Of a stretch of DNA of 64,000 nucleotides, positions 14,445 through 27,598 are shown piece by piece. How positions within the stretch are numbered: the first letter of the stretch is position 1; the number at the start of each line of letters is the position of its first letter. The notes below the pieces were generated by a model. The model was given only the letters and a program-made list of their open reading frames with translations. It searched no databases and had not been told where the DNA came from. Made by a program: the position numbers and the translations under genes. Source of the stretch: Basidiobolus meristosporus CBS 931.73 (taxonomy: Eukaryota; Fungi; Basidiobolomycota); assembly GCA_002104905.1 (NCBI GenBank), contig MCFE01000210.1:62001-126000 (forward strand), written 5' to 3'.

Positions 14445-17400
14445 ATGACGGTCAACAAGCTCTTTCACGGAAAGAGCTTTTTCATAGCGGGTTTTGATGA
14501 AATCCGATATCAACAGTTATGCGACAACATTGAGAGTCATGGTGGCACTGTTATTCTAGATGCTTTTATGCCAACAAAGGTAAGACAAAGGGCCTTTAGC
14601 GTCTCAGGATTTCTTTACACCGTCCGTGTTCTTTTGAATTGGTGTTTTATATATCTATTTCTGCTCCTGTTTCATTGACCGTGACATCTTTTTGGCTTCT
14701 GCTAGACATCGTATGTTTTGACTACACCCCATATACTAGAGGCCATGAAAGACATCCTCTCTGAGTTATTGGCTTTCAATATACCTATTGTGGATGAAGG
14801 GTTTGTGTGGAGTTCCATACAGCAGGGATATCTGATGAACCCCGCGATGTTTGATGTCACACGGTAAGAGCTCTCTGAACTGTTTCCGTTGCACCGTACT
14901 AAACCCAGGGAAATAGTGAAATATCACTCACCTCTACGAGCGAAGAGTTGCCTCTGCCAAACTTGAATTCCAACAGTAGTTGGTCTACCGCCAGTGATCT
15001 GCCGGTTCATGGCACGTACGGGTATGAAATTCAAAACACAGACAGCCAAGCGTCTGACAATCACTTCAAGAAAAACAACGATGCTGCCTATTTCAAGTCG
15101 GGAAAGTTCGACCGCATGAATCCCGGGGACTCCGACTCGGATGACGCGGAGCTTGATGACGAAGAAGAGAAATCGTTCATGGCTACACCTAGCATGGAGT
15201 ACGAGAATGCTGGCCTAGCTCATGACAACGAGTCCCAAGCGATCCATCGAGAGCGATTGGAGTGGCGGGGCATGCTGGCCTCCGTATTGACCGGAGAAGT
15301 CATCAAATCCGAAAAGATGCGCATTTCAGATTCACTAAAGTCCAAGCAACAGAAGGCCGCGTTGAGCTATCAAAATTGGCTGGGGATCCGTGCTTTACTG
15401 AGACAGACAAGTATCCCTCACGAGAAAAGGTTCTTGGAAGAAGCGCGTTCACAAGTTGATGGCGTTCTGCAAGAAGTCATCAACTTCAAGATCACAAATC
15501 GCGTCAACCCCGCTATCGAGCAGGTGGCGGAGATCTTGCAAAGAGTTGACCAAGTGGAGAATCTGTACCCCACCCGCAAAGCCATCATGGACGACAATCC
15601 TCTGTACGCATCCCAAGAATTCCAATACAACTTGGATGCCTTGACCTCATGGTGCACAGTTACCATGAGTATCCAGATGCAGTTGAAAATCCTTAAGGAC
15701 TGGACTGGTAGTGACAGTCTACAGGTGGCACGACCCAAGGATACGCCGGCGAATCCTGATGAACCCTCTTTCATCGAACGTATTCTCAAGGAGAACGGCC
15801 TGCAGCGTACGTTTGAGAAACGAACCCTTTCCACCCTCAACTCCCTTCTCTCCAAGGCCAAGCTGAACATGATAGAGAATGCGTCGGCGTATGCCAAGAT
15901 GAACTTGCCGTCATACACTGCCGAGCTTCGACAACTGGTCAGATTCCCCACAAGCCTGATGGAGGAATGTCTGAGGCTACGTCTTGAATATGCAGAGCGC
16001 GTGACTGATCCTACCACTTTGATGCTGGATCAGATGTCCGAGGATTTCCGTGTCTCCTTGTCTTTGGCATGCCGCATCAAGCACGAATACCAAGAGCTGA
16101 CCCAAGCGGCAGATGGCTGGGAGGTGCCGAATTGCATCGATGAGCAATATGATTCGGTGCTTTTCGACAGTTTGAAGTACTACCTGAAGTTGCTTCACTG
16201 GAAACTGAAGGGCGGCAGTAAAGCGGTCTATTTCAAGGAAGCGGAGATTCTGGAGAGCGAATGGAATTTCCTGACCGAGGTATCTCTGTACATTGAAGGC
16301 GGGGAGTGGGAGACGGCCGAGCAGCTTTGCTCCCTCACCAACCGACTGCTTTGCCGGGTTCTTCTCTATTTCGAGTCACAGATGCGAGTTCCACCGGAAA
16401 TGCCAGCAGCTGGTCTGATCAAATGGTATAATCGGGTGTTGGAGAATGTGCGTATGGGAGTCCGAAAGTTGCTGCGCTTCTCCAAGTTGCTAAGTAATCA
16501 GTACGAGAGTGCTGCCGAATACATATTTGAGCCGAGCAACCTGGATCTCGTCTTGGGGACTCTTAGTGCCACCGGACACGTGCTGGTCTACACCGGCTCT
16601 TTCGAGAGTGAAGGGCTCTATATCCTGGTGGACCCGAAGCTGTGCCAAAAGCCCGAACTTCTACGGAAACTGATGAGATCTTGTCTGTGCAAGGAAGCGG
16701 ACAACACGCTCGACAAGGAGAGCTACATGCTGATCATCAACCCTGGGAAATGCGAGCTTGTGTGGCACGGCCAGATCATTCAAATCGATATAGAGTACAT
16801 GAGTGTCAACCTCGGTATCAATCGCATTCGTCTGATATCGGAGAGCGCCGGAAGCCTTCCAGAGAGCAAAAGAGTATTTTCAAATAGAACAAAGGGGATT
16901 GGGATCAACGTGATCCACAGCCAGAAGTCTCACATCCCCAAGGTTCACAAGGAACAGAACAAAATCAAGAAAACCGTGTTCAAATTGGCCGAAACCATCC
17001 TATTCAATGTCAATGTCATCCGAGAGGCCACCAAGCACTCTCCCTCTGTGGACTTGATCGAGAACTGCTTCACTTTTGCTTCGGACTTTGGGCAACGAGC
17101 CTTGAAGTATATGGAGACTGGGGTTAGGTCTCAGCTGAACCTCCAAATGATGCGGTTGGCGATCGACTGGGTGACCTTTGTTGTATCCGACTGCGTCCCT
17201 ACCGAGAAGAAGACCTTCCGTTGGGCAGTGATTGCCTTGGAGTTTGCCATGCAAATGACTAGAGCCAACAACATCTTGCTGCTGAGTGACGGGGAGTTTG
17301 AGCTACTCCAAAGTAAGGTGGCGATCTGCATGACGCTGCTGGTGTCGCACGTCGACATTGCCGGGGCAAGAAGTGCCCATGAAGCGGTACACCAGGCCGA

Positions 17401-18697
17401 GCAAGAGAAGCAAAACAACATGGACGCTGCCATGGATGATCTTAGCAAGCGTCTCCAGATGACGGTATGTAGTGCCTTTGCCACCGACAGCTCATTGATT
17501 GCAGTTCGCGACGAGTGGATGCGCAAGCTCAAAGAAGTCGACGAATACCGCACCTCCAAAGAACAGGATGCAAGGCTTATTGGTAAGGTGTTGGACGACG
17601 ATCGTCCCGAAGACCGCAGTCTTGTATTCCTGGCCTCTTCTTCGAGCAATATCTCGTTACGCTGGCAGCAAGGCAAGTTCATTGGAGGTGGTACTTTTGG
17701 CTCAGTATATCTTGCAATCAACCTGGATAGCGGTGATCTCATGGCCGTGAAGGAGGTCCGATTCACCGATTCCTCATCGCTCACAGCCCTGCACAAGTCC
17801 ATCAAAGAAGAGATGTGTATCATGGAGAGGTTGGACCACCCCAACATCGTGAAATACTTTGGCCTGGAGGTGCATCGGGACAAGGTTTACATCTTCATGG
17901 AGTATTGCCAAGGCGGCTCTCTCACCAGTCTACTCGAGCACGGCCGTATAGAAGATGAGAACGTAGTCAAGGTGTACACCCTCCAGATGTTGCATGGGCT
18001 GGAATACCTCCACGAAAACAGCATCGTGCACAGGGATGTCAAGCCGGATAACATCCTATTGGATCACAACGGTCTCATCAAATTCGTGGACTTTGGCGCC
18101 GCCAAGGTGATTGCTAAAAACCAAAAGACCATGGGACGTGCCACAAACAACCAGCAGATGAAGGTCAATAGCTTGACCGGAACACCCATGTACATGGCCC
18201 CAGAAGTCATCACTGGTGGGGATCGTGGGCGTCAAGGCTCGCAGGATATCTGGTCGCTCGGATGCTGTATCCTTGAGATGACTACTGGGCGCCGACCATG
18301 GTCCAATTTAGACAACGAGTGGGCAGTGATGTATCATGTGGTAACGGGACATCCGCCGCTCCCTGATCCATCCCAACTGAGTGAGGTTGGAATGGATTTC
18401 TTAAAGAAATGCTTTACTCGATCCCCCTCAAAGCGCCCTACAGCACAAGAGCTCTTGCAGCACCCATGGGTCAAAGACATCAAGGATGTCAACATGGATC
18501 AGCGGTGGTCAGCTGCCTTGGCCACTGGCCTGGTGAATGGCTCGCCGACGAACTCACTTGCTGGCATGCCTTCGCTACCCAGCATGGGGGCTTCATCGAC
18601 CACTACCTCAACCGGATTGTCCACCATTCCGGAGGAGGGGATTGTGAACCCCTTTAGACAAATCGAGGCCGCTAACGGCTTATCATCCCAAAAATGA
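14445..18697 (+). CDS. SSK2: Ssk2/Wis4/MEKK4-type MAP kinase kinase kinase with predicted spliced N-terminal BRCT-like domain
   Basis: Ssk2 N-terminal ERLEWRGMLASVLTGEV. Kinase WQQGKFIGGGTFGSVY, HRDVKPDNIL, DFG, GTPMYMAPE. Exons 14445-14579 and 14706-14863 splice in frame to 14917 onward (fusion less certain than the kinase call). Confidence 0.9.
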
Positions 18698-19015
18698 ATC
18701 ACCTGATAAATACACGGCATTTACGTAATTAATCCTCCTTTCGACCTTACATTGGCTTTTCTTTACTACTCCTAGTATCTCCACATCTGTCCGTCTCCAC
18801 ACCTGCCTGCGTCTATTATTTTCTGAAATGAAGGATCACGGATCACCGATGTCTAACTGATACTATCAATGAATGTGATGATTAGTTTAATTTTGATGTT
18901 GATGAGATGGGCCCCTGTGTACATGGAGGCGTGACTGAATTTGACGCCATCGTCTTCTCCTTGAAAGCCCCATATATAGAAATTATTTTTCAAGTCACAT
19001 CCGTATCTTGACGTT

Positions 19016-20575
19016 ATGTGCCGCTTCCTATTGTACAAAGGCAAGTCGCCAGTATTGATCGCTGATGTAAGTGAGAGTTCTTGAGCTGAGCCGTTGGATT
19101 CATCTCCTCATGCTTGTTGTTGTCCTTTACAAGTTATTGACCCGTCCCGCGCACTCCATCATCAACCAGTCCTACGACTCTCGGCTCAGGATAGACACAA
19201 CAAGGCCCCTGAATGGTACAGTCTAGGCCTTCTCAGCTTCGAATCTGCTTACTTTCCTCTAATCAGTAAACATGCTTTAGGTGACGGTTTTGGTGTTGGT
19301 TTGTTCTTTTCAGCTGTGCTCGCAGAGATGGGGCGACTGTTAAAGCCACTTCGGTTTTAGGTTGGTACGAGTCAGAACGTGACGAAAGCCCGGGCATATT
19401 CACCTCGACCCTGCCTGCCTGGAACAACGTAAATCTGACCCGCCTGGCGGAGAAGATAAGAAGCCCCTTGGTGTTCGCCCACGTCAGAGCCACCACGACT
19501 GGCTTGGCCTCCGAAGCAAACTGTAGGCCCTCCATCGTCATGATCTTTCCTGCATGGAAACTCACCCATCTACCCTCAGGTCATCCTTGGCAATATGGGA
19601 ATCTCATGTGGATGCACAACGGAAATATTTCCGGATTCGATCAGGTAATCCCACTGTTACCAAATATTTGCTTCGCCTGAAACACTAAATTCTCGATTCT
19701 AGATCAGAAGAAGGCTATTATCCACACTTTCCGATGAATTATTCACTTTCGTACAAGGAACCACCGACTCGGAGTGCGCATTTGCATTATTTCTAAATCA
19801 GGTACCCATTCCTCCTGTTCTGTGGAGCAAACACCAAAACTTAGAGTTCACAGTTAGCACATCCCGAGAGCGCACACCACTCACCTGAGGAGCTGAAGGA
19901 AGCAATGCTTCAAATGATCTCTCTTCTGAACGAGTGGACCCATGATGTTGGGGTTACCGAAGTAACTTTCAATCAGAGCATGCGTGTTGTTTCGCCATTT
20001 TAATTCCCACCTTCTAGCCCTCACTGATGAATTTTGCCGTGACGGATGGCAAGACAGTCGTCTGCACTCGATACATCAGCTCGCCCACCCACGAAGCCGC
20101 GTCGTTGTACTTTTCATCAGGTGCGTCCACCACCTCCCCCATGTTCTCCACCGGCCGCGTTTGCTGACTTGCGTCTGCAGGAACTCGGTTTGAATCGTAC
20201 AAACCAGGGTTTTACCGAATGGTAGGCGAGCGTTGAATGCCATCTTGGGATTTTCTAACATTCGTTGATATCTAGATCAAGTCCGACAAGCGAGAGGACA
20301 TAGTTGTCGTGGCATCTGGTAGGAGATTACTTCCCCTCCCCCCCCCCACACACACACCACTACTCGTGGACTATCGAGGCTGAATCAACATTTTCTTCAT
20401 TACAGAACCCCTCACCTTTGAGCAGGCCGATTGGATTACCATCCCTACCAACACCTTGGTCGTCATCACACCCCGCTTCAACGTGCTCCTGTATCCTATC
20501 AAAGACGAGAACTACAATCCCTTCGGCCGACACACGCCGGTGGATCTCTCGTGTGTGTATGATTTCAAGCAATGA
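19016..20575 (+). CDS. DUG3: Class II glutamine amidotransferase, Dug3/EgtC-like, many short exons
   Basis: N-terminal MCRFLLYKG (Cys2 nucleophile), LLTRPAHSIINQS, NGDGFGVGWY, PAWNN.NL, FAHVRA, NCHP, MHNG, GTTDSE, EPLTF. Stop TGA at 20573-20575. Confidence 0.92.
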
Positions 20576-20791
20576 ACCGTCCCTGGTAGAACCCGATCCA
20601 GCCTCTAGTAGATGTCCACCATAATCTTTCTTAATTAAACACCAACCAGATTCAATATACACTCTTGCGGTTTAATGATGGAATAGGAATATATATAGTA
20701 GCAATGTGCAACTGAATATCCGAGGATATCCATTTTTACATGATGAATGACTATGCTAAATGTGACGGGTGGACAATCGGCTGAGATGCAC

Positions 20792-22705
20792 CTATTTCTT
20801 GAGAGTGCCGATGATGCACTCTGGCGAGTACTTCTCGACAACATTTGCTTCATGCAACATGTTGAACTCCTTGGTGGCATCCCGACCAGCGTAGAGTAGG
20901 ATGGACTTTTTACCTCCAGGATGGTCACTCAAGAAGTCAGTCACATCAAGAACTTGTCCATTGACCGCTACCCAGCAATCCTTCTCGGTGTTATGTTTAG
21001 CGACTTCCTCAAGGGAGTACTCCTTCATTTCGACCTTCTTAGGTTGTTCCTTTGCCTCCTCAACTGGCTGGCTAGAACCTCCGGGGGCCGATTGGAATCC
21101 ATTGCCTTCCAATTTGATATCGAACTGAACTCGGTTTTCTTCGGGCACCACGTTCAGGTTGATTTTGGCTCCAAGCTGGTTGGCTAGGTTGACCAGACGT
21201 CTAACGGCCACCTCAGATTCAGAGCCGACCGAGGTTGATGAGGCAAGGTTCTGGAACATGTAACGAGAGGCGCTGTTACCGGCAACCCTACCGAATACAA
21301 CACATCCGAGAAGAGAGCTGCCACCCAGACGATTGGCGCCATGGACGCCACCAGCCAATTCACCGCAGGCGAAAAGACCTTGGATTAAGCCGTCATTTCC
21401 TTTAACTCTTGATTCGGGATCGATCTGAACGCCACCCATGGTATAGTGAAGGACGGGCGTCATCAGGGCAACATGGAAGTGATCATCCATTTTGAATGGA
21501 ACGTTGTGGAAGAAACGCTTTCCGAATGGATCACTCTTCTTTTCAGCGAATCCATTGTATTGGTTGAATGTCTTCTCCAACACTTTAGGGTCGCAGCCGA
21601 TCTCCTTGGCCAACTCTTGACCGCTAGCGAATTGTCTCATCAGGCCACGGCCTACGTAGTGCTTGCAATGCCACTCGAGGCTGTCCGACGCCTTGCTGTT
21701 GAGAATCAGACGGATTGGTGCCTTGGTCTTCCACATCTCACCAGTTACGTAGTCACGATGACCCAACTCATCACAGAAACGCTCTCCTTCGGCGTTGACC
21801 AAGATACCGCCCACACCACGAAGTGCTTCTGCGGCCAGGAACTTGACCTTGGCATCAGGGTCCTTTGGATCGATCAAACCGGTTGGGTGCACCTGGATCT
21901 TGTCCATATGAATCATACTTCCGCCTACCGAGATGGCCATCTTATGCCCATCACCGGTGGAGAAGTCGCCGTTGGAGGTTGGGAGATCCACCCATTCTGG
22001 GCGGTACTGCTTGATCAACGAGTTATCGGTGAAATCTGCGGCGAACCCGCCAGTGGCTAGAATGACGGGTCCGTATTCGACGATCTTCTGTCCCTTCTTC
22101 TCGTACTCGATACCAATGACCGTGCCGCTGTCGTCACGGATAAGCTGGGTGGCTCTGGCTTTGGTGATGCATTGGACGCGGTGCGGCTCGCTCTTGGCCA
22201 ATTTCTCGAGTTTCTCCATGAGAGCGTAGGTGATGGTCATTCCCGGGAACTTCTCCTTACCACGATGGGTACGTTGGAAGGAATGACCGCCCAGACGGGA
22301 GAGGAGGGATAGATCCAGGCTGAATTTTTCCTGTAGCCACTCGATGGCAGATGCACTATCACCAGTCAACACCTTGACCAACTCCGGCTGGATCAAATCT
22401 CTGGCGGATTTGGCAGTGTCCTCATAGAAAGCCTCAACCGAGTCCTATCGATGTAGATCAGTCAGTATCTGGATGGGTGGATGGATGGATGAGCCGGATC
22501 AGAGACTAACCTTAATCCCCTGTTTGATCTGCGTACGTGTCAAGGCTCCGTTGATTCCAGAGGTGGCCTTGGTCGAGTTACCTCCGTAGAACGAACTTTT
22601 GTCCAGCAGGATAACGTTGCCGCCGCACTCATAAACCGTATGAGCAGCAGCCAAGCCGGACAGACCACCCCCGACGACGATTACCTTGTGATTTTGGGTC
22701 GACAT
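20792..22705 (-). CDS. OSM1: FAD-dependent fumarate reductase (Osm1/Frd1-like) with C-terminal cytochrome b5 domain
   Basis: VIVVGGGLSGL, GGNSTKATSGING, QVHPTG, LAAEALRGVGG, HYTMGG, HGANRLGGSSL, then the b5 motif EVAKHN..DCWV...VLDVT.FL..HPGG. One intron near 22446-22510. Confidence 0.93.
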
Positions 22706-24017
22706 CTCTGTGTGTGAAAAAGTCCCGGTTAGACGATGTGGTATGCGCAGCAGTGCAAGATGGTCAAGGTTACCTACGAAGCGAATGAACAGTAATGATT
22801 GGATTTGATCTTCCCTCCGAACGATCAGCACCGCTTTTATCTTGTCCACCACCCACGGTACAAACCAATCTTACCAAAATGGTCGGTGGGACGAAAGAGT
22901 TTGGAAATATTCTCCCCAGATGAGAGGCTTAAGGAATCCATCCAGAGCCTATCGTACCTTTGCCATTGCGAGCGGTTCGACGACTAGTAAATCGGGGCCT
23001 TAAAACCTGGGGTGTGAAACACTTCCGAAACATTGGATTAATTAATCGTCCCTGGTCCCTGTATTTGGATAAATACAGGCTCTCCACATATGCCAGTGGA
23101 CGTCAATTCATCTAGCAATTTGCAGCATTCCAGCCGGCCCATTGTCAGGGTCTAGAGCTGGGCGGGTGTCCAATCTGGCATCTGATATAACTCTTCGGAA
23201 GTCGGCTCGAGTCCAGACTGAGGCCGCGGTGCTTAGGCATAACAAAGCCCACAATCCACCTTGACCATTCGAAATCAAACTTAAAATCGTTGGTTAAGTA
23301 AAATCCCAAAAAGTCGCTACCTGTTTACTTCGTTGAGTATATTTGTTTGGTCTGGAGCTGCCACTCATACGACTACTTATGTGGATGGTGTTGGGCGGGG
23401 CCTGAGGTCGCCGCATTGTGTAAGGCTTGTATAGTGGAGGGTGCCATTGTAAACTTCCTCATCGCTTAAATAAACGGTGCTGGAATGGCCCGCTTGGCGC
23501 ATTTTTATCATCGGGGGATTGAATGATTCCATACCAGCCTTCCATTCTCGCATTCCCACATCCGTTCATCCTCTCATTGTAACAGCCATCACAGTGGGAA
23601 GATAAATTCCACCTTTTACTGATGTATGTATGCGTATCGATGTGTATCAATGCGTATCAATGCCAATTTCTAGTAATTCTCTTGTCAATCCATGGCATCA
23701 CATGATCGCAGAAGTGACGCATCGGTTACCCAGGTTGAGAGCATCAATCATAAGGTCTACAAAGTGGCACCCCACTCAATTATTACTGATTAGCAACAAG
23801 TCTGTATGTTCCACATCAAGATGAGTGAGGGAATTGTTGAGCACTGTGGCTTAGTCACAACTCACGTCAACACTACAGGTGTATAGAGTCCCACTGTGAT
23901 GGGAAGAAAAACGCAGTTGCGGTGTGAGATTTAGGGGGGTTCAGGTGGGTTCAGGGGGATCTATAAAAGAGGGCTTATTGCCGCACCTAACGAACTGAAC
24001 TCCTTTCCCATCTCACA

Positions 24018-24236
24018 ATGAACACAGTCATCGCTCGCAGTGCTATCCGGTCTCGCTCAACCATCCTTGGAAACCTCCGTAGAAGTGACTATCATTTTGA
24101 GAACGTCAAGGGAGAAAACATGCCATTCTCGTACAAGAGCCGTCGTGCCTTCGCCGTAAAGATGACCGCTTTCTGTGGCCTTGGCTTTGCTTTGCCTTTT
24201 ATTTCCTCCTACTGGCAGCTGTCCAAGAGCCAATGA
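24018..24236 (+). CDS. Cytochrome c oxidase subunit VIIc (yeast Cox8 family)
   Basis: 72 aa. Arg/Ser-rich presequence, HF....GENMPF, single transmembrane segment GFALPF...WQLSK. Confidence 0.88.
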   Translation: MNTVIARSAIRSRSTILGNLRRSDYHFENVKGENMPFSYKSRRAFAVKMTAFCGLGFALPFISSYWQLSKSQ

Positions 24237-24556
24237 TGGGATGGATTGTAAATGTACCCAAATAAATCCTTTTTATAACTCACTTCTATGTTGCTTTCGT
24301 CAATGGGCAGGGTACGCTACTTAAATACTTTGACTGTTTACTTGGCTTAGATTCCCGGAATATTTGTGGGAAAACCAAGCCAAGTCCCAACAGTGTTGCT
24401 GAACTAAGCCTACTCGCCTAATCAGAAGCCATTGACCAACCCCTCTATTGCCAAATATGGCAATCCCATTAGAACCACTTCGGCTTGGAGGAGCATACAA
24501 GGCTCTAGCTATGTATAAATATCATTCTTGCTACCTTGAGTTGACTAAGCGCACCC

Positions 24557-25051
24557 ATGACTACTGCAGTAAGAAACCCATTTCGTAAAGACGGGAATGA
24601 GCCCTTAGGTGTGATCTACTGCTCCCAAGTCACCCGATGGACAACCCTAAGCCTCTGCCGGATCTTTACCCAGGATGCGCCGCTGTTTACAAATCCGTTT
24701 CGCCGTATCATCAATTGGAACGAGGTAGAGTGTTTGTTGGAGCGCATTCAATTACCGTTGCCTACAGTGTTTCTAGGCATATATTACCTAAATGCATTCA
24801 AGCAACGATGTGGGAATATAAGTGGAGAGTTTAAACAGCTTTATCTGATCAAACATCTCTTGCCACTGGGATTGATGATTGCCATGAAATACCTGGATGA
24901 TTCCCCATATTCCACGCGCTATTGGGCTAGCATCATGGGACTGAACCTTGAGGCGGTGAAGGCCATGGAAAGAAGGTTCCTGCGCATCATTGACTATGAC
25001 CTATTCATCACCAAGGAGCAACTGGAAGGGTGGATGAAATGTTCAAGATGA
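24557..25051 (+). CDS. Pcl/Pho80-family cyclin-like protein
   Basis: TVFLGIYYL, LMIAMKYLDDSPYSTRYWA, AMERRFLRIIDYDLFI match the cyclin_N/PHO80 pattern. Confidence 0.82.
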   Translation: MTTAVRNPFRKDGNEPLGVIYCSQVTRWTTLSLCRIFTQDAPLFTNPFRRIINWNEVECLLERIQLPLPTVFLGIYYLNAFKQRCGNISGEFKQLYLIKHLLPLGLMIAMKYLDDSPYSTRYWASIMGLNLEAVKAMERRFLRIIDYDLFITKEQLEGWMKCSR

Positions 25052-25199
25052 TGCCCTGTGGAGGTTGACTAATCATTTTCATGTAAATTCTCATCAAATA
25101 AACTTATCAGTAGACTGCTTAATTGGAATGAAAAATTTTCCCTCTCCATCCTATTAGTGGGCTTGGTGGTTAGTGCTTGTCAGTAGCATCTATCCAAGA

Positions 25200-26659
25200 A
25201 TGCAGTCGCTTATACGTGCCCTGGCTATTCCTTCGCTGAGACAGTGTCCACTGCCATTTCGCGGCTTCTCAACGACCGCGGTGTCGTGGGATAGACGTGG
25301 CTCAAGGGTGGAGCTCGGAGTTGATGTTCACCAGGCCGAAGGTAAGATAGTGTACTCAAGAATATTATGACTTGGCTCACATACAAAAACACCAGTCTGG
25401 GTGGTGTAATGAAATGCCTCGGCTATTCAGCTCGAAATTATTGCCAGTGTTAAAGCCTTATCTGTGGTAGATTGGACCGCATACAAGCCCTCACCTGGGC
25501 TTACTTTCCAGGAGGGGGATTTGGTATTGCTACGGGATCGCTCCAAAGGCATGAAAACGTTGGTAGGACCTGTAACTGCCGAAGGTTCGTATTTTTCTAT
25601 GAATTGCAACGATCCCCCGTCTTTTGACACTCTGCTCACGTTTGGTTCAGGTGTTGTAGGAAGTCACCTTGGCCAGATCAAGCACTCCCAAATCATTGGC
25701 CAATTACCACGTACTGAGGTCAGAACACACAAAGGAAAGCCGTTTACTATTCACAAGCCCACGCTAGAAGAGTAAGTTCAGTGTAAAAAATCCCCACCTC
25801 GTACGTGGCCGATGCTAAGAGCCTGCATCTAGATTCGTTCTGTTAGCACCAAGACACGCCACCCCATCCTACCCCAAGGATGCAAATATGATGGTATATT
25901 TCCTCAAAAGCTCTCTCCATAATACACGGATTTCTGACCATCTTTCACACCAATAAGACCATGATGCTGGACGTATTTCCGGGGGCCAGGATCCTCGAAG
26001 CAGGCACAGGAAACGGCGGGTTAACTCTATTCTTGGCGCGTAGCGCATGCATCAACACTTTGGAGGGCAAACAGGGGAAGATTGATACCATAGATATTCG
26101 TGAAGAGCACTCGAGAAAGGCTCAGCAGCTCATTGCGAAATTCGAGCGGGGATATTACTCGCAGTTTATTCAGTTTAAAGTGGGCACGCTGAGCCAATCC
26201 CTGAATGACCACCCACCCACCGAACCCTACGATGGAATAGCTCTCGATATGCCCGAGCCTTGGGTAGAATTGCCCTCCGCCCTAAAGTGGCTGAAAAATG
26301 ACAGGTTCTTGGTTTGCTATATCCCCAATGTAACACAGGTGTTACAGCTGCTGAGCACCGTAAGAAAGTACAAATACCCTTTGGCACTAGAGAGTGTTCA
26401 AGAGTTGAACCTTAGAGAATGGGATATCAGGCCTACGTACTTGAAGGCCAAACGTCCGGTCGATCAAGAGATACCCGACGCACCAGAGTCTGGTGTGATC
26501 CAACCTATTGAGGAGATAGAGCCATGGGTGTGTAGACCTACCCATGATCCATCCGGACATACAGCATTTTTGGTCAAATTAAGAAAGTGTATCAATATCA
26601 GAGTAGAAGCAGAAGCAGAAGCAGAAACACAAGTAGAAGCAAATGAAGCATCATCATAG
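25200..26659 (+). CDS. tRNA (adenine-N1)-methyltransferase catalytic subunit, Trm61/TRMT61B-like, probably mitochondrial
   Basis: Presequence-like N-terminus, F.EGDLVLL, G.I.H..IIG, RHATPSYPKD, ILEAGTGNGGLT, LDMPEPW, HTAFLV. Multi-exon. Confidence 0.88.
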
Positions 26660-27013
26660 ACCTGTTCACCCCTATCACTTCATTCATACCGCATCCACCC
26701 AATAAACCAGTCACTTCAGGAAACGCTCTCTTTATTGATTGAACTACGGTTGTGTCTGGACAACCAATGAGGATTAAATTATTGCATGCCGAGGATGACA
26801 GGGTGGCAGTGATATAAACTACTTATCGGTCGCTTAGTTATACATGAAGTTGCTAAAAATCTGGATTTACAATTGGAATACTGGCTGGATTACGGGGGTT
26901 GTGAGGAAAGAGAGCCGACAAGGAAGTTGGAATGTCACTTTACAGAAATAAGAATAAAAAATATGGATTTCAGTAAGCCAGCACTAAAATTTCGTCAACC
27001 AACCGAGTTGGTT

Positions 27014-27598
27014 CTAACACGTCGTCTGGGAGGCTCTGGCCCAGACGGACAGTGTGGCGGGGATGGATGCCGGGGATTTCTTGGGAGACCTGGCTGGTTC
27101 ACGGTACCTCATGTACTGCTCGATGTAGAGTAGCCATTGGGAGAATTCCTCCTGGGTGACATGGACGTCGTATTGGAGCGTGGCTAGAAAGCTCCGCTCT
27201 AGCGAATTTAGCTCCTCGCAGGAAATCCCGGTGATCTGGGACCAGGTTTCGTTGGTGTAGGTGCAGTCCTCCAGCATCTTGTGGGAGAGGATCAATGCGA
27301 CCACGAATTGCTTCGCTTCCGAGAAGTCGCCCCCGTGAGGATGGCTGGCGCATTTGCCGAACTTCTGGAGATATTTCAAGGCCAGGAGTATGATGGCCGG
27401 GCTGGCGTCGCTATGAGAGATGACATTCCGGCAGAAGTTGCGAAACACCGGGTTTGGGGTGGGGGTCTGACTGCCAGTTAACCTCCAGCACCACATCTGG
27501 TTCACCATTTGCGTGACGAAGTCCGAAATAAGCGAGTGGCTACCAGTGAGGTGGGAGAGGTATGGGGAGGTTTTGAAGCTGAATTGGGTGGTGAACAT
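27014..27598 (-). CDS. Pcl/Clg1/Pho80-family cyclin-like protein
   Basis: IILLALKYLQK, VVALILSHKMLEDCTYTNETWS, LNSLERSFLATLQYDVHV. Confidence 0.85.
   Translation of the reverse strand: MFTTQFSFKTSPYLSHLTGSHSLISDFVTQMVNQMWCWRLTGSQTPTPNPVFRNFCRNVISHSDASPAIILLALKYLQKFGKCASHPHGGDFSEAKQFVVALILSHKMLEDCTYTNETWSQITGISCEELNSLERSFLATLQYDVHVTQEEFSQWLLYIEQYMRYREPARSPKKSPASIPATLSVWARASQTTC

Noticed and set aside
15418-17883. Long minus-strand ORFs (199 aa and 250 aa) inside SSK2
   Set aside because: Antisense shadows of a conserved coding sequence, with no recognisable motifs.
21446-22229. Plus-strand ORFs opposite OSM1
   Set aside because: Antisense shadows of a GC-rich CDS.
23058-23079. Perfect 9-bp hairpin CCTGTATTT-GGAT-AAATACAGG in the OSM1/COX VIIc intergenic region
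   Set aside because: Short and AT-rich, expected by chance in 64 kb; no RNA-gene context.
23630-23662. Three decamer repeats (TG(C/T)GTATC(G/A)A)
   Set aside because: Too short; ordinary slippage-type repeat.
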